Part shown: positions 35,271 through 47,975 of the stretch, piece by piece
How positions within the stretch are numbered: position 1 is the stretch's first letter
How the letters are laid out: every line of letters begins with the position of its first letter
The notes under the pieces: generated by a model
What the model saw: the letters and a program-made list of their open reading frames with translations, nothing else
What the model was told of the DNA's origin: nothing
Database searches by the model: none
Source of the DNA: Octopus vulgaris
Taxonomy: Eukaryota
Length of the DNA stretch: 64,000 nt
Assembly: GCA_951406725.2 (NCBI GenBank)
Contig: OX597819.1
Coordinates: forward strand, 76,942,001-77,006,000
Direction of reading: 5' to 3'
Position numbers and translations under genes: made by a program

Positions 35271-35769
35271 AGAACATCTACTTTTCAAACTATTTTGTTG
35301 TCTTTAGATATGTTTCTGATGCAATGTTTCAATTGATATTCTTTCCAATCATATTCAGGAGATACTTTGTAAACTAGGACAGAAACTGAACCTGGAACAC
35401 TTTTTTAATATCTTGTTATATAGTTAGCACATCAGACACGGTTGTAAAGGTCCCTGGTTAAATTTTTGTCTTTGCTTTTGAATATCATTTTTGGACAGAA
35501 TTCTGATCAAAAGCACATATTCAGAAATGGAGAAATGATCTTATAAACCAATATAGCTTTTTTTTTTTACTTAAATATTCTGTGTGGGAAGGCTTGCATT
35601 TTTTTTCCTTTTTGTTTTTCTTAACTTATTTAATTTCTTGTGCAGCTCAGGGAAATGGTTTTCTCATTGCTGATTCATGGAAATTACAGGATTTTATGTC
35701 TTCTAAATTGACTTTGCATCACATTATTTGTAGGCATATTATTTCATTTTCTCATCTGCTGAATATGAA

Positions 35770-36033
35770 GGATTCTCAGAATGTAACCATTTTAAGTCTG
35801 GTGCGGTATGATAATTTCTCATGACTTTACACATTTTCTACTAGTATCTGATTCTTGATGAAAATGGATCAAACTAAATTTGTTGCTTTTGGATTCTCAG
35901 AATGTAAACACCTGAAGTCTAATACTGTATGACAGTTTCTGTAATGTTTGAATCAGTTTGGTGATTTTACACATTTTCTACGAGTGTCTGAGTCTTGGTG
36001 AAGATGGATCACCACACTAAATTTCTTGTTTTT
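35770..36033 (+). repeat. Old tandem duplication (units of about 121 and 143 bp)
   Basis: ggattctcagaatgtaa...tttacacattttctac.agt.tctga.tcttg.tgaa.atggatca occurs twice. Confidence 0.85.
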
Positions 36034-36227
36034 ATTTTGTCCCCAGTCAACTTTGATCAAGCAAACTTATAAATAATGAAAGGCTCATTCAAGTCACGAA
36101 CATCCCATTTTTTTTCTCAGGTTTAGTAATACCTCAAACTACATTATCCAGTGTACCACTGTGTTGTACATTTTGGACACAGTTTGAGTGACATTTCTCT
36201 GCTATATTTAACAAGCAGAGTGACTAT

Positions 36228-36625
36228 CTTTTATTTGTTTCAGTCATTGGACTGTGGTCATGATGTTGGAACACTATTTTGAAGGTTTTAGTCAAACAAA
36301 TTAACTCCAGTACTTATATTTCAAGTTTGGTACTTATTCTATTAGTCTCTTTTGTTGAACTGCTAGGTTACTGAGACTCACCAAACTAGCGCCAGTTGTG
36401 ATGTGGTGGTGGGAGTGGGAGGACACAGACACACACACATATGCATGCGCATACACACACATATATGTGATGAGCTGCCATACCTACTAAATTCACTCAC
36501 AGTGCATTTACCAATCTGGAGCTATAATAGAAGACACTTTCCCAAGACACTACTGCAGAGTAGAACTGAACCTAAAACTGTGTGGTTACAATGCAAGCTT
36601 CTTAATCACACAGCAATGCTGCACC
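36228..36625 (-). mobile_element. SINE family A, diverged
   Basis: Tail ttgtttcagtcattggactgtgg; head agaagacactttcccaag...actgaacc. Confidence 0.7.
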
Positions 36626-36857
36626 TATAGAGGCTTTCTGTGTAGAGTCTCTCACACTGGCTTCTTCATTGGATCTCTGCCAAGTTAAATTTTGATACTT
36701 GTAGTGAGTGTGGTCGCATCATAGTTTCTTGGTAATTCAGGCAGTGTTAAAACTTCTTTTTAAGATTCTTAGAGTATAAATCTTCTCAGTTGTTATAGCA
36801 ATGCCATTTGTGAAGCTAAATCTTTCATACTTTTGTAATTTGAAGAATATTGTTTCT

Positions 36858-37088
36858 TATTTCTTTATTGCCCACAAGGGGCTAAACATAGAGGGGACAA
36901 ACAAGGACAGGCAAAGGTATTAAGTCGATTACATCGACCCCAGTGCATAACTGGTACTTAATTTATCGACCCTGAAAGGATGAAAGGCAAAGTTGACTTC
37001 GGCGGAATTTGAACTCAGAGCGTAGCGGCAGACGAAATACCGCTAAGCATTTCGCCCAGTGTGCTAACGTTTCTGCCAACTTGCCACC
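36858..37088 (-). mobile_element. SINE family B, young, with 19-bp TSD
   Basis: TSD tttga(a/g)gaatattgtttct at 36839 and 37089; CpG-rich body. Confidence 0.92.
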
Positions 37089-37431
37089 TTTGAGGAATAT
37101 TGTTTCTCATTTTGCAAGAGTAATTTAAATTATTTTACCCTAATTGTAATTGATGATACAGACACAGGCATGGCTATGTGGTTGCTTCCCAAACACATGG
37201 CTACAAGGAAATATTAGGTTGCTTGGAAACAGGTGAGGGTTGATGACGGCAAGGGCATCTGACCATAGAAAATTCTCATTAAATTCTTCCTGACCTATGC
37301 AAGCATCGAAATGTGGATGTTAAAACCATGATATCAAAATATCACCTTGCTTGAATCTTCCAGAATCTCAGTCTCTTCATTAGTGTAACTGTTCTAAAAC
37401 TAGGATGCACATGGTAATATGGTTGATATAC

Positions 37432-37872
37432 CATCATCATCGTTTAACGTCCGTTTTCCATGCTAGCATGGGTTGGATGGTTCGACTGGAGTCTGGGAAG
37501 CCAGGAGGCTGCACCAGGCTCCAGTCTGATCTGGCAGTGTTTCTACAGCTGGATGCCCTTCCTAACACCAACCACTCCGTGAGTGTAGTGGGTGCTTTTT
37601 ACATGCCACCGGCACAGGTGCCAGGGGAGGCTGGCAACGGCCACGATCGGTTGGTGCTTTTTACGTGCCACCGGCACGGAAGCTAGTCAAGGTGGTGCTG
37701 GCATCGACCACGTATGGATGTTGCTTTTTACATGCCACCGGCACAGGAACCAGGGGAGGCTGGCAACGGCCATGATCAGTTGGTGGTTTCTACGTGCCAC
37801 TGACACGGAAGCCAGTCAAGACAGCGCTGGCATCGGCCACATACAGATGGTACTTTTTAAGTGCCACCGGCA
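37432..37872 (-). mobile_element. RTE-type 3' tail (family D) with an internal about 62-bp tandem array
   Basis: (cat)n tail followed by units anchored on ggtgctttttac(a/g)tgccaccggcac, alternating A-B-A-B. Confidence 0.85.
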
Positions 37873-39014
37873 TATTTTATCTCTTGTCTCAGTCATTAGA
37901 CTGTGGCCATGCTAGGGCACTGCTTTGATTTTATTATTTTATGCCTTTGTTGTGTTGCTTAATCCTGAGTCAACTCCAGTCATAACCATCCTGTCGTTTT
38001 CATGGGCATTTTAGGATTACATTATTTCCTTTTCTTTCTGATATGGCAGGGTAGAGTTTAAAAGAGTTATTACTGCTATTTCTTGCAAGTCTAAAAACCA
38101 CGCAGAAGCTCCCTCATTGACTCTGTTACCACTTGTCTTAACTAGGCTGCCAGTATACAGATAAAAATCAAATTAACACAAGACCTTATTAGCCAGTTCT
38201 TGATTCTTACATTGTCACTTTTAGATATCTGGGTACAATCTCAAAAGAGAGAGAGAGAGAGAGAGAGGGGGGAGTGTCTACCGTTTATTTCTTGTCATCT
38301 CATGCTAGTTTCCTTATCTATTTAGTTATTCTAAAATCTGTCTTCCACATTACTTTTACTACTTGCTCTTCTTGTCTGTTTTTCTGTTTAGAACAAGAAA
38401 TAATAGACATCTTCCCTTGAAATAAAATCAGATACTTAATTGTTTCTTTTACAAGCTATTATTACGTAGCATTGATATTCTATCCTGACCTAACAATTAC
38501 AGATTACTAACTGTTGATTTCTTAAATTAAATTTCTGCCTTCATTCATGAGTTAATTATGGAGAAAGTACAAGTAAAATGAAATATATATAGATATATAT
38601 ATTTTTTTTGTGTTGTTAACTCTTTTTATTGAATCTCTCTCTCTCTCTCCTTTTCTCTCTGCATCTTTCTCTGGATTTTTATTTAGTTACGGTTTTGTTT
38701 CCATGCTAATTGTGTTGTTTAGGTTTCCTTTCAGAAAACAATTGAAGTGTACTAGTTTTCTATAGTGGTCTGAATTCAAATTATATTCCATCATTATATT
38801 TTAGTCCAGCTATTTTCCATGACAGTATAACAAAAATTGTTATGGGAAGAATAAATGTTTTCATTCCAAATATTTATAATAAGAAATGAAAATTGTATTC
38901 TGAAATTCAATTATCTAATCTAATTGGTGTGTATGTGCTTATTCGTTAATGATCAATTGATTGTGACGACAAAAATAGTAGGCTGAGTATCTCTGTCTTT
39001 TTTTATATATTTTA

Positions 39015-39370
39015 TTGCTTTTCACTTGTTTCAGTCATTGCACTGCCTTATAGAGTTTAATTGCACAAATTGATACCAGTATATATATTTTTTCATGTTT
39101 GATGCTTATTTTAGTAGTCTCTTTTACTGACCAGCTAAATTATGGGGATGTAAACAAATTGATACCAATTGTCACTCAGTTGAGATGGAGACATGCACGC
39201 ACACACACACACCAGGCTTCCATGCAGTTTCTATCTGCCAAATTTACTTACAAGGCATTGGTTTGCCTGTAGCCTATAGTAGAAGACACTTGCCTTAAGT
39301 GTTGTGAAGTGAGACTGAACCTGAAACCATATGATTGCAAAAGAAGCTTTGTAACCACACAGCCATGCCA
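39015..39370 (-). mobile_element. SINE family A, diverged
   Basis: acttgtttcagtcattg ... ctatagtagaagacacttgcc ... aaccacacagccatgcc. Confidence 0.75.
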
Positions 39371-39400
39371 GCAGCTGCAAATGCACACACACACACACAC

Positions 39401-39431
<31 letters not shown>

Positions 39432-39674
39432 CTTAAGCCTGTGAACTTAACTGTACTAAAATTAAATACTGCTGATTTTATAATTCTTAGACGCTGTCTG
39501 AGAATGATAATCGCTTTGTTAATTTCAGTAAACAAGCTTTGTTACACTTTCTCTTTCTTTAAACTTTGCAAGTCATGATTTCTCTCTCTCTCTCTTCAGT
39601 TTTACCAATTCTAATCCTAAAACTGGTTATATTGTTTAGTGAATATCTCTTCCATATAATATTAGTTCAAAGAA

Positions 39675-39860
39675 AGGCAGCGAGCTGGCTGAAGCTTTAG
39701 CACACTGAGCAACATGTTTAACATGCATTTTGTCCACCTTCTATGTTCTGAGCTCAAATTCCACTGAGGTTGACTTTGCCTTTCATCGTTTCATGGTCTA
39801 TAAAATAAGAACTGGTTGAGCTCTGGGGTCAATGTAATTGACTTACCCCATCCCCTAAAA
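39675..39860 (+). mobile_element. SINE family B
   Basis: aggcagcgagctggc ... gaggttgactttgcctttcatc. Confidence 0.8.
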
Positions 39861-40142
39861 AGATTGAAAGAATCTTCCTTGAATAGTTTTAGAGTTTGTG
39901 GGTTTTAGTGTGGGTAGAACGACAGTAATAATCTAAACTCCTAGTTAAGTGTATGTATATATCTATGTATGTGTTGATGGCCTTGCTGTCATCTTATCTT
40001 CATTTCTTTTGACTTAGCATAATTTAATATAACAAACATGATGATACGTTATATTAAATTTGCATTAGTTTTTTTTCTAACCTTCTTTCTTTCTTTAATA
40101 AACAAAAAACTAGTTAGCAAAATTATTATTATCATTATTATT

Positions 40143-40698
40143 GAGTGAGAGAGCAGTGCATGCCATCAAAGTGACACTGGGGTAAAATATACGAAGCCCA
40201 GTATACCCATCATGACTATGCATCTGATAAGAGTACACTAAGCACATGCATCACAACCATATGTGTGCAACATGGTGATCTCATATCAAGATAAATAGCG
40301 CATGACCTGGCAGGTGGGGCCCAGTTAGAATTTTCTTGTGATTGAGTAGCCCATCCTGCTCAAAAGGTCTATGAATAAGGATTGTTTAAGGATGTTGAAC
40401 GAACTACCCATGTTTCCAAAGGTGAATTATCCAAACCTCCAAGAATTCCTTTCAACACATGACTATGATACTCTCCCACTACTTCTACTTGTGATCAGAG
40501 ATGCACATATCATCAGCCACTAAGAGACATGGTCAATTGGTTACGGTCAAACAACTGACAAGCAAATCTGTCATATTGAGCAGAATATTTGCTGTAGCCC
40601 ATCTTTTATACCAAGACAAAACAATGTACATGATAACACTTCCAATCAGTTAAGATCAGAAGCCACGAGAGCCACTGTCTGGTACTGCATCAGAGCAG
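40143..40698. mobile_element. About 556-bp complex insertion between (ATT)n tracts, unclassified
   Basis: Higher-GC non-repetitive block bounded sharply by (att)n at 40122-40142 and 40699-40719. Confidence 0.5.
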
Positions 40699-43600
40699 TT
40701 ATTATTATTATTATTATTAGTAGTAGTAGTGTTAGTAGTAGTAGTAGTAGTAGTAGTTTTCTTTCTGTTTTCTTTTATTTTGCTTTTCTCTTTTTTTACC
40801 TATTCATTTGCAAATGACAGCAAGAATTAAATATGTAGTGCTTCTTAAGAAGACCTATATAGACATTTTAGTTCAGCTTTAATTTAGCATAAAGTCTTCC
40901 ACTTTGCTGATAACATTAAAATGCTTTCTCTTCGCTACTTTAAACCTGCTGATAACTGAAGCAATTATAGCAGCAATTGATGTGTTTTATTTTATTTTAT
41001 TCTCAAGTTTGATTACAATATACTTAACATGATTTTGACATCTTTTTTGAAGGTTTTGAAGGAAATCTTTAAAAACTCTTCAATTGTTGCAATAACTAAC
41101 TAGAATGCTACGTCTCTGGAGCTTAGTAAAAACTGCTGACTACTTGACATGGTAAATAGCATAGCAGTATTTATTTAATTATATATCTTTGTAGTTGCTT
41201 TCAGTTGGTTTCAAATAGACAGTGTGCCGACAAGGGAACATCAGCATAGTTGATTGACTGATTAGAATTAGTAGCCAAATCTCTCTCAAATTACACTTTT
41301 TCTTAAGAAAAAAAAAAAAGCAAAAGAAAAAAGAACAGGCACTTTAATTAATGTAATCACATCAACTGCATCTAGAAGAACAAAAACAAAAAAAGGTGGT
41401 CACTTCTGTGACATTTTTGATCATAAATTCAATTAACCATGGTTGACCTGGGGCTAAAGTGTGTATGTATGCTCATATAAGCATATAACATTTGTGTGCA
41501 ATTTGATTTTCAAGAAAATGTTTGCGTTAAATGCAATGTATTTACTATTCAATTACATTTGCCGTTGTTATTCAGTTGTCAGTTAAACTGAATAGATTTA
41601 TTTGCATTAGCAGTCATCATCATCATTGTCATGATCTTCATGTTACGTCTGTTTTACATGCTGGTATTGGTTAGGTGGCTCATCACTAGCTGATTCAGTT
41701 CTTATTTGGAGCTAGAGTGCTTCTAGATCGGTTGAAGCATCATATTCCACATGTTTATTATATTTCAGAATGGCTTATGCTTCTCGTTGCCCTTTATAAT
41801 TGCAACTACTTTATCATATGAAATGGTCTATTTCATTGTGGCACCAACATTAGAGAGGTTGCTGTGTTCTTTACAAGATTACAGAGTCCTTTTCTATTCT
41901 GTGTTGTCTTCATTTGTTCAAGATAAATGTGACTGAGATGTGGAATAGAGGTATAGATTGATGATCAAGTGTGTGAATGAGTGAGTATCTATGACAACGG
42001 AGTCAAAGTGATAGGAGTACGGGCTGTTGGGAGATTTAGTATTGGAAGAGGGACAATGATAGGTAGCTGCTTGTTTGTTAGCTGTTGGTAAGGAGAAAGA
42101 GACAGAGATGAAAGAGGGGAGTAATGAAAGTGATGGAGAATGATGTATGTCAACAAAGAGTGATCAAGGAAAGGATAATACGTGAGAGAGGGATTGCAGC
42201 ATAGCAGTAATGATGGATGACAGTAAAGGAAAATAAAGAATAGAAAATTGTTTTGAATTGCTTGCCTCGATGTTACTCATTAAGTAAACATAACAACAGA
42301 AAAATAATCCCTTCCCTTTCTCTGTTGTCTTTGTCTGACTCTATAAAATATACTAATAGACAGACTGTGAACGGAGCAAAAAAATGTATATTAAAACAGT
42401 AAGACTGACAGTTCATATCCTAACACTGTTGCTGCCTTGTGTCCATGGTCAAGATTCTGGACTTTCAGAGCCAATTTTGCACAGCTGTAGGTGGTTGCCT
42501 GAAAGGCAGTAGCAGCAAAAGCAGAGAAACAACAGTATTTTGTGTTTAATTAACTTGAACAAATGTGTTCAAATACTCACAGTGACTTGCAGAAGTCACT
42601 GGGAAGCTTTTCACAATGTATTTTATTTCTTCAATCATTGCAAGAAAACTTGGTTTGCAACAGTATCTTGTTGGAGCATTAGTGTTATTGTTCGGACCAC
42701 TATTTCAGTTGACTACTATTACTATGCTTTCTAATCCTTATGATGTTAACTTTCATTGGTCTACTATCAACAGATCCATTTTTTTTTTTGTTGTTGTTTC
42801 TCTTCTTATACTGATAATTGTTTTATATCCTACAAGCTTGCTGAATGAGCACCACCCCAAATTAATCCTATAATGTATAGTGTTGCCAAAAGAAGACAAT
42901 ATTTAATTATAAACTATTATTGGTTGTAATTATCTATATTTTGAAAATTAAACTTTATGCATTATGCGAGCCACTTGTTATTACTTCCTCTCTTTCTCTT
43001 CAACATCATTTCAGTCTTATGTATGTTACCTCATATAAAACACTTTCCATTTATTCTTCTTTCTAAGAACTGCATTTTTTTATTTTAATTCTCTGTTTTG
43101 TCTGCTTATGTTTCTGCTTCCAAAACCCATCCTTCAGGAATTGAAACAGAACAAGTGTACTCATTTATTGCTATTTTCCAATCTAAGACTGAATGTGCTA
43201 TGATCCATGCCCCACTTCTGCAATCTACTTCAGAGCATTGTAGTTCTTAATCTAAATCTTGAAGACTTTTAACCATTTGAGCTGTTTACCCATATTAGCT
43301 TGAGTGTACCCATTATTAAATATTGGGAGTTCTAAAGATTGGCTTTTCCTTCATGTAAAGTAATTTTTTCCAGAATATAATGTAATCTTTTCATTCGTTG
43401 AACACTGATTTCTTTTGATGCCAGTCATGTTTTTCAAATGGTCTTTCATATGTTAAGTCATGTTATAATATTGATAAAATGTAAATAATTCAATCTTACC
43501 TTTCAAGATACACATTTTCGATTATTCTTTTAGTGTAAGCTTTTAATTTATCAAATCAAGATGTGAAAATCTAATAAGAAATTTAAAACTAAAAAATTCA

Positions 43601-44642
43601 AAATATGATTTGATTAAATATGAAACATCAAATAAATGAAAGCTTAAATTACATTTATGAATTATATTTAGCTGATTTGTTATAATATTTTTAATCCTAA
43701 TATGCAAGTTCATTTATCTTCTGTACAACATATGAACTTATTAACTAATTCTTTCCAGGTGTTTTTTCAAATATATTTTAAGTATAACTCAACAATACTT
43801 AACTTCTGCCTGTCTGAAATGGTCCTTGTGATATCTCAGCTAAAGCTTTAAAGATGTTAAAATGATATATCATCAACTAAAAAAAAAAAAAAAAAGTTAC
43901 TCTGTTTAGCTTTCCTTTCTTTAAGACTGCAGGAAATTACTGAATTATTCAGCTGTTGTTTTCTATGGAAGGATATTGCTGTTCCTATTTAAGTTATCGT
44001 TGATGTGAAGTAGTTGTAGTCTCCTGTGATGTACTAAACCATAGTTAACCATATGATAGGCACATAACCAATTAAATACCTTGGAGCAAGCATTCTAATC
44101 ATAACAGTCATCATCATCATCATTTAGCATTCATTCTCCATGCTGGCATAGGTTGGACAGTTTGACTGGAGATGGTCAGCTGGAGAGCTGCCCGGGCTCC
44201 ATAGAAAGTAAGTCTGTTTCAGCATAGTTTCTATGGCTGGACGCCCTTCCTAACACCAATCACTTGATAGTGTATTGGGTGCTTTTATGTGGCACCAGCA
44301 CAGGCACTTTATATGCAGCACTAGTATGGGTGTTTTTATGTGGTACTGGCACCCACAAGCCTGCAAAACTAATGTGAGGAGCGATTTGGTTTGGGTCAAA
44401 TTTTAAATCATCATTCTCCTTATCTGTTACATGTCTTTTATTGTATGTAGAAAACTAAGTGCTAATACATTTCATGTGGTGATCCCATTAACTTTAAAAA
44501 CTTATGACTGTTCCTGTATCAGGAGAGATAGACAATCCACCAAGCAAAAAAGCAAAGATGATAATTCAAAATTAAAGAAGAAAATTCTTCTGGAAATGAA
44601 TCGATGTACAACTGTCCCAGTTGATTAAAATGAAAAATAGTC

Positions 44643-45010
44643 AATGTTTCCTGAGAGAAGAGGATGGAGGAGTTGCATAAGAGAAAGAGAAAGTTCCAAG
44701 GGTTGGTGGAGGATTGTTGCATGGATGAATGGAGGACCAGGTGTCTGCTAGTAGAAGAGAGCAGTTGAGAAGTCTTAGGCTGTTCTCTCAGCGGGACATA
44801 TGGAGTTTTAGGCATTACAAGAATGGGTGGAAGAGCCATGGAGAACATTGTAAAGGCCAATGGGAAAGCATCGAGATGGCTCTAGCTTAAAGGAAATGAG
44901 TAGTGGGACCAGTAGAATAACACTTGGACTTAGGCTCAAGCTTCACCATTCTTATTTTGGTCATCTGGTTGAGGATGCATGTTGTAAAACCTGAAATGAT
45001 ACAATGTCAT
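44643..45010 (+). pseudogene. 3' relic of an RLE-type (R2 group, Hero-like) non-LTR retrotransposon
   Basis: Translates V S * E K R M E E L H K R K R K F Q G L V E D C...W R T R C L L V E...L G I T...K A S R W L * L K. This matches the TVPWE..EEAHERK..KY..LV..C...W......VEVG...LGI....ASRWLW pattern of Hero restriction-like endonuclease C-termini. Confidence 0.75.
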
Positions 45011-46436
45011 CAGAATAAAATATAATCTTTCGAAGACATATTGACAACTCCTCTGGGCATGTTTTAGCCTTATTGAATCTCCTCAGCGAAGCTGTCATTT
45101 ATGTGTCGGCTACATAACATTTAGATATTAATACACGTGATTGTTCACTTATTTTAAATTTTAGGGATATTCTGAAAAAGTTGTCAATAAATGTAGTTCA
45201 CTCACTCAGATAAGCAAGAATGAAGAGGGCACATTGAGTTAGGGTGGGACATTTCCTTAATTTATATAATATCCATGAAAACTCAGCATAATAGTTGAAG
45301 AAAAGAGACCCAAATGAACAAAAAAGAAAGAAAATGAAAAAAATTAAATAATTCAACAACTGACTCTAAAAGATGTAATTTCTCAAAGTATTGAAATCTC
45401 TGTAAAAGTACATTATAAAAATCTGAGAATCAAACACCAAAAATTGGTTCCACCTTATTTATCAATATCTCAGGTGACCCTGCCAGTGCTGCTGCTACAT
45501 AAAAAGCATCCAGTCCACATTGAAAAGTGGTTGGCCTTTGGAAGGGCATCCAACTGTAAAAAAAAGACGTCAAAACTGAGTTTGCCTGTGCTGGTACCAC
45601 ATAAAAAGCACTCAGTCCACTCTATAGGGTGGTTGGTGTTAGGAAGGGTATCCAGCCATAAAAACCCTGCCAATACTCACATAGTAGCTTGGGGTTGTGT
45701 TCTAGCTGGCCAGCGCCTGTCAAACTGTCCAACCCATGCCTGCATGGAAGGCAAATGTTAAATGATGATGATAATTTTGTAGATTTCAGAATTGTAAAAT
45801 TAGTGTAAGTTGATGAAATTTTTCTACTTTAAATTGCTACTTCTACATTTTGTGTCTTGGTTACATTCTTTAGGAATTAAACTTTTATCTTGGTTGGATA
45901 AATTTAGGACCAGTTGAGTTAATTTTATCGCACTTGGCTTCCTTCTTTGTTCAAATAAGTTGTTAATGGTCAAGCGTTTTTTAATAAGTTAAAGACATAG
46001 CCACATCTGAACAAAATTTATAATAGCGGAAATGACTTGGAGAAATGAGAGTAATATAAGTGGATTGAAGCACTACATCTGGAGACAAGGTTCTGAGATA
46101 GCTGATTCTGGGTTAGTTATTTACTGAGATCTCATTATGTTCAGTTCTAAGACATAACAGAAGCATCATAAAAAAAACAAAAAACAACCCAAGTGTTCTT
46201 AGAGGGAACGGGGGTGGGGATGAGGATAAAGAAAAATGAAAATAAAAATAAAGCATAGTTTATTGGCTTATTGTTTGGCCAGCAGCCAGAATTCGGAATA
46301 GCAGAAGTCAGTTCATTCTTGGTTTGCATTTGTGTATTAAATTCTTTCATTTATTTCATTTGTCAGAGAAATAGCTTTGCTCTATGTTTAAAACCTACTT
46401 ACCTACCCGCTATTTTATGTTGGTGGAAGCTGTTTT

Positions 46437-46477
<41 letters not shown>

Positions 46478-47039
46478 TACATACACATATACTTTACTGT
46501 GCAGTATAAGATCTGAAGCAACTTCCTTCTCAAGACTTCTAGATTAAATTTATTACCTCTTACCCAATCTGACAGAAGTTGTGGATGGCTGTGTTCTATG
46601 TTTCGCTGAATGTTTGCACATATATATAACTTTTGTTGTTTTCTACTCTTATGCCCCCCCCCATTCTCCTACCTTACTCCAAATATCAAATGAAACATCG
46701 CATTTCTACTCAATGTTTTAAACTCTTTGCACAGCTTTCAGCAAGTTAACAAATACACCAGATTGTAGTTCTTTTACTTTTGGTTTTCATTTTTTTTTCT
46801 TCTTTTTACTTAAGCGTTTATGTGCTATTTTCAGTTCAATGATAAATACATTTACATTTTTATTACTTTACTAAGGACATTTTAATAACTTGTTTAAGGA
46901 AAACAAGAAAAGGAAACTAGATTTAATTCAGTTTTGAAACAGTAATGGCGGTTGTGGATTACCAAAAATAGCTTTTTTTTTTTTGTGTGTGTGTGTGAGT
47001 ATTCTTGTGTATATGGATATATCTTATATACATGTGCCT

Positions 47040-47480
47040 GTTGAGGCAAGCGAAATCGAAATCAAATTTGATGACTGGTATCTGTGCTAGTGAAGCACTA
47101 AGAGCACCATCCGAGCGTGATTGTTGCCAGAGCGACTAACTGGCATTCATGACGGTGGCATGTAAAAAGCACCATTCGAGTGTGATCGTTACCAGCGTCA
47201 CCTTACTGGCACTTGTGCCAGTGACATGTAAAATAAAAAAAGAAAAAACGATTTTTTGTGGCCATTGCCAGTACCACCTGACTGGCCCTCATGCCGGTGG
47301 CACATGAAAGCACCCACTACATTCTCGGAGTGGTTGGAGTTAGGAAGGACATCCAGCTGTAGAAACTCTGCTAGATCAAGATTGGAGCCTGGTGCAGCCA
47401 TCTGGTTCGCCAGTCCTCAATCAAATCATCCAACCCATGCTAGCATGGAAAGTGGACGTTAAACAATGATGATGATGATG
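47040..47480 (+). mobile_element. RTE-type 3' tail (family D) with tandem units
   Basis: Reverse complement of the 37432 element; ends catgctagcatggaaagtggacgttaaac(atg)n. Confidence 0.85.
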
Positions 47481-47771
47481 AGGGAGAGAAAGAATTGGTT
47501 GGAAATTTATTTTCTGTCTGCAGTATATTTTAGCATACATATGAAATTCAAAATTTCTTCTGGTCATATCTACAAGAGCGGTTACACTAAGGTCTCCCCA
47601 CCCAAGTTAACAGAACACCTAGCAATTCTACTGTGTTCCCACTGTGTGCAATGGTCAAGTGTACCAGCTTATATTGACTATAGGTAGCTAGGTGATGGAC
47701 TGTTATAGTCATGGATTAATCAACATCTTGTGAGGGGATAGTAGTTGAAAGGGGCCTGTTTGTATGTATAT

Positions 47772-47819
<48 letters not shown>

Positions 47820-47827
47820 GTATGTAT

Positions 47828-47931
47828 AGGGAGAGTTCACGAAAAAAACAAAAGACGAAGACAGGTGGTGTATAAAACAAACAGATATATTAGTATAACG
47901 TTCAGAAATAGAAAAAGTCTTTTGCGTTTCG
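47828..47931 (-). mobile_element. Second copy of the short (TA)n-inserted repeat, truncated inside the hammerhead-like core
   Basis: agggagagtt.acgaaaaaa.caaaagacgaagacaggtggtgta...gtcttttgcgtttcg, flanked by TA/TATG repeats. Confidence 0.7.
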
Positions 47932-47932
47932 C

Positions 47933-47975
<43 letters not shown>

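Noticed and set aside
37590-37872. CRISPR-like repeat-spacer pattern
   Set aside because: The context is eukaryotic, the spacers are themselves repeated, there are no cas genes, and it is part of a retroposon tail.
40021-40060. Short perfect hairpins (13 bp here; 11-12 bp near 28235 and 58972) as possible pre-miRNAs
   Set aside because: They are almost pure A/T, near chance expectation in this composition, and match no miRNA I recognise.
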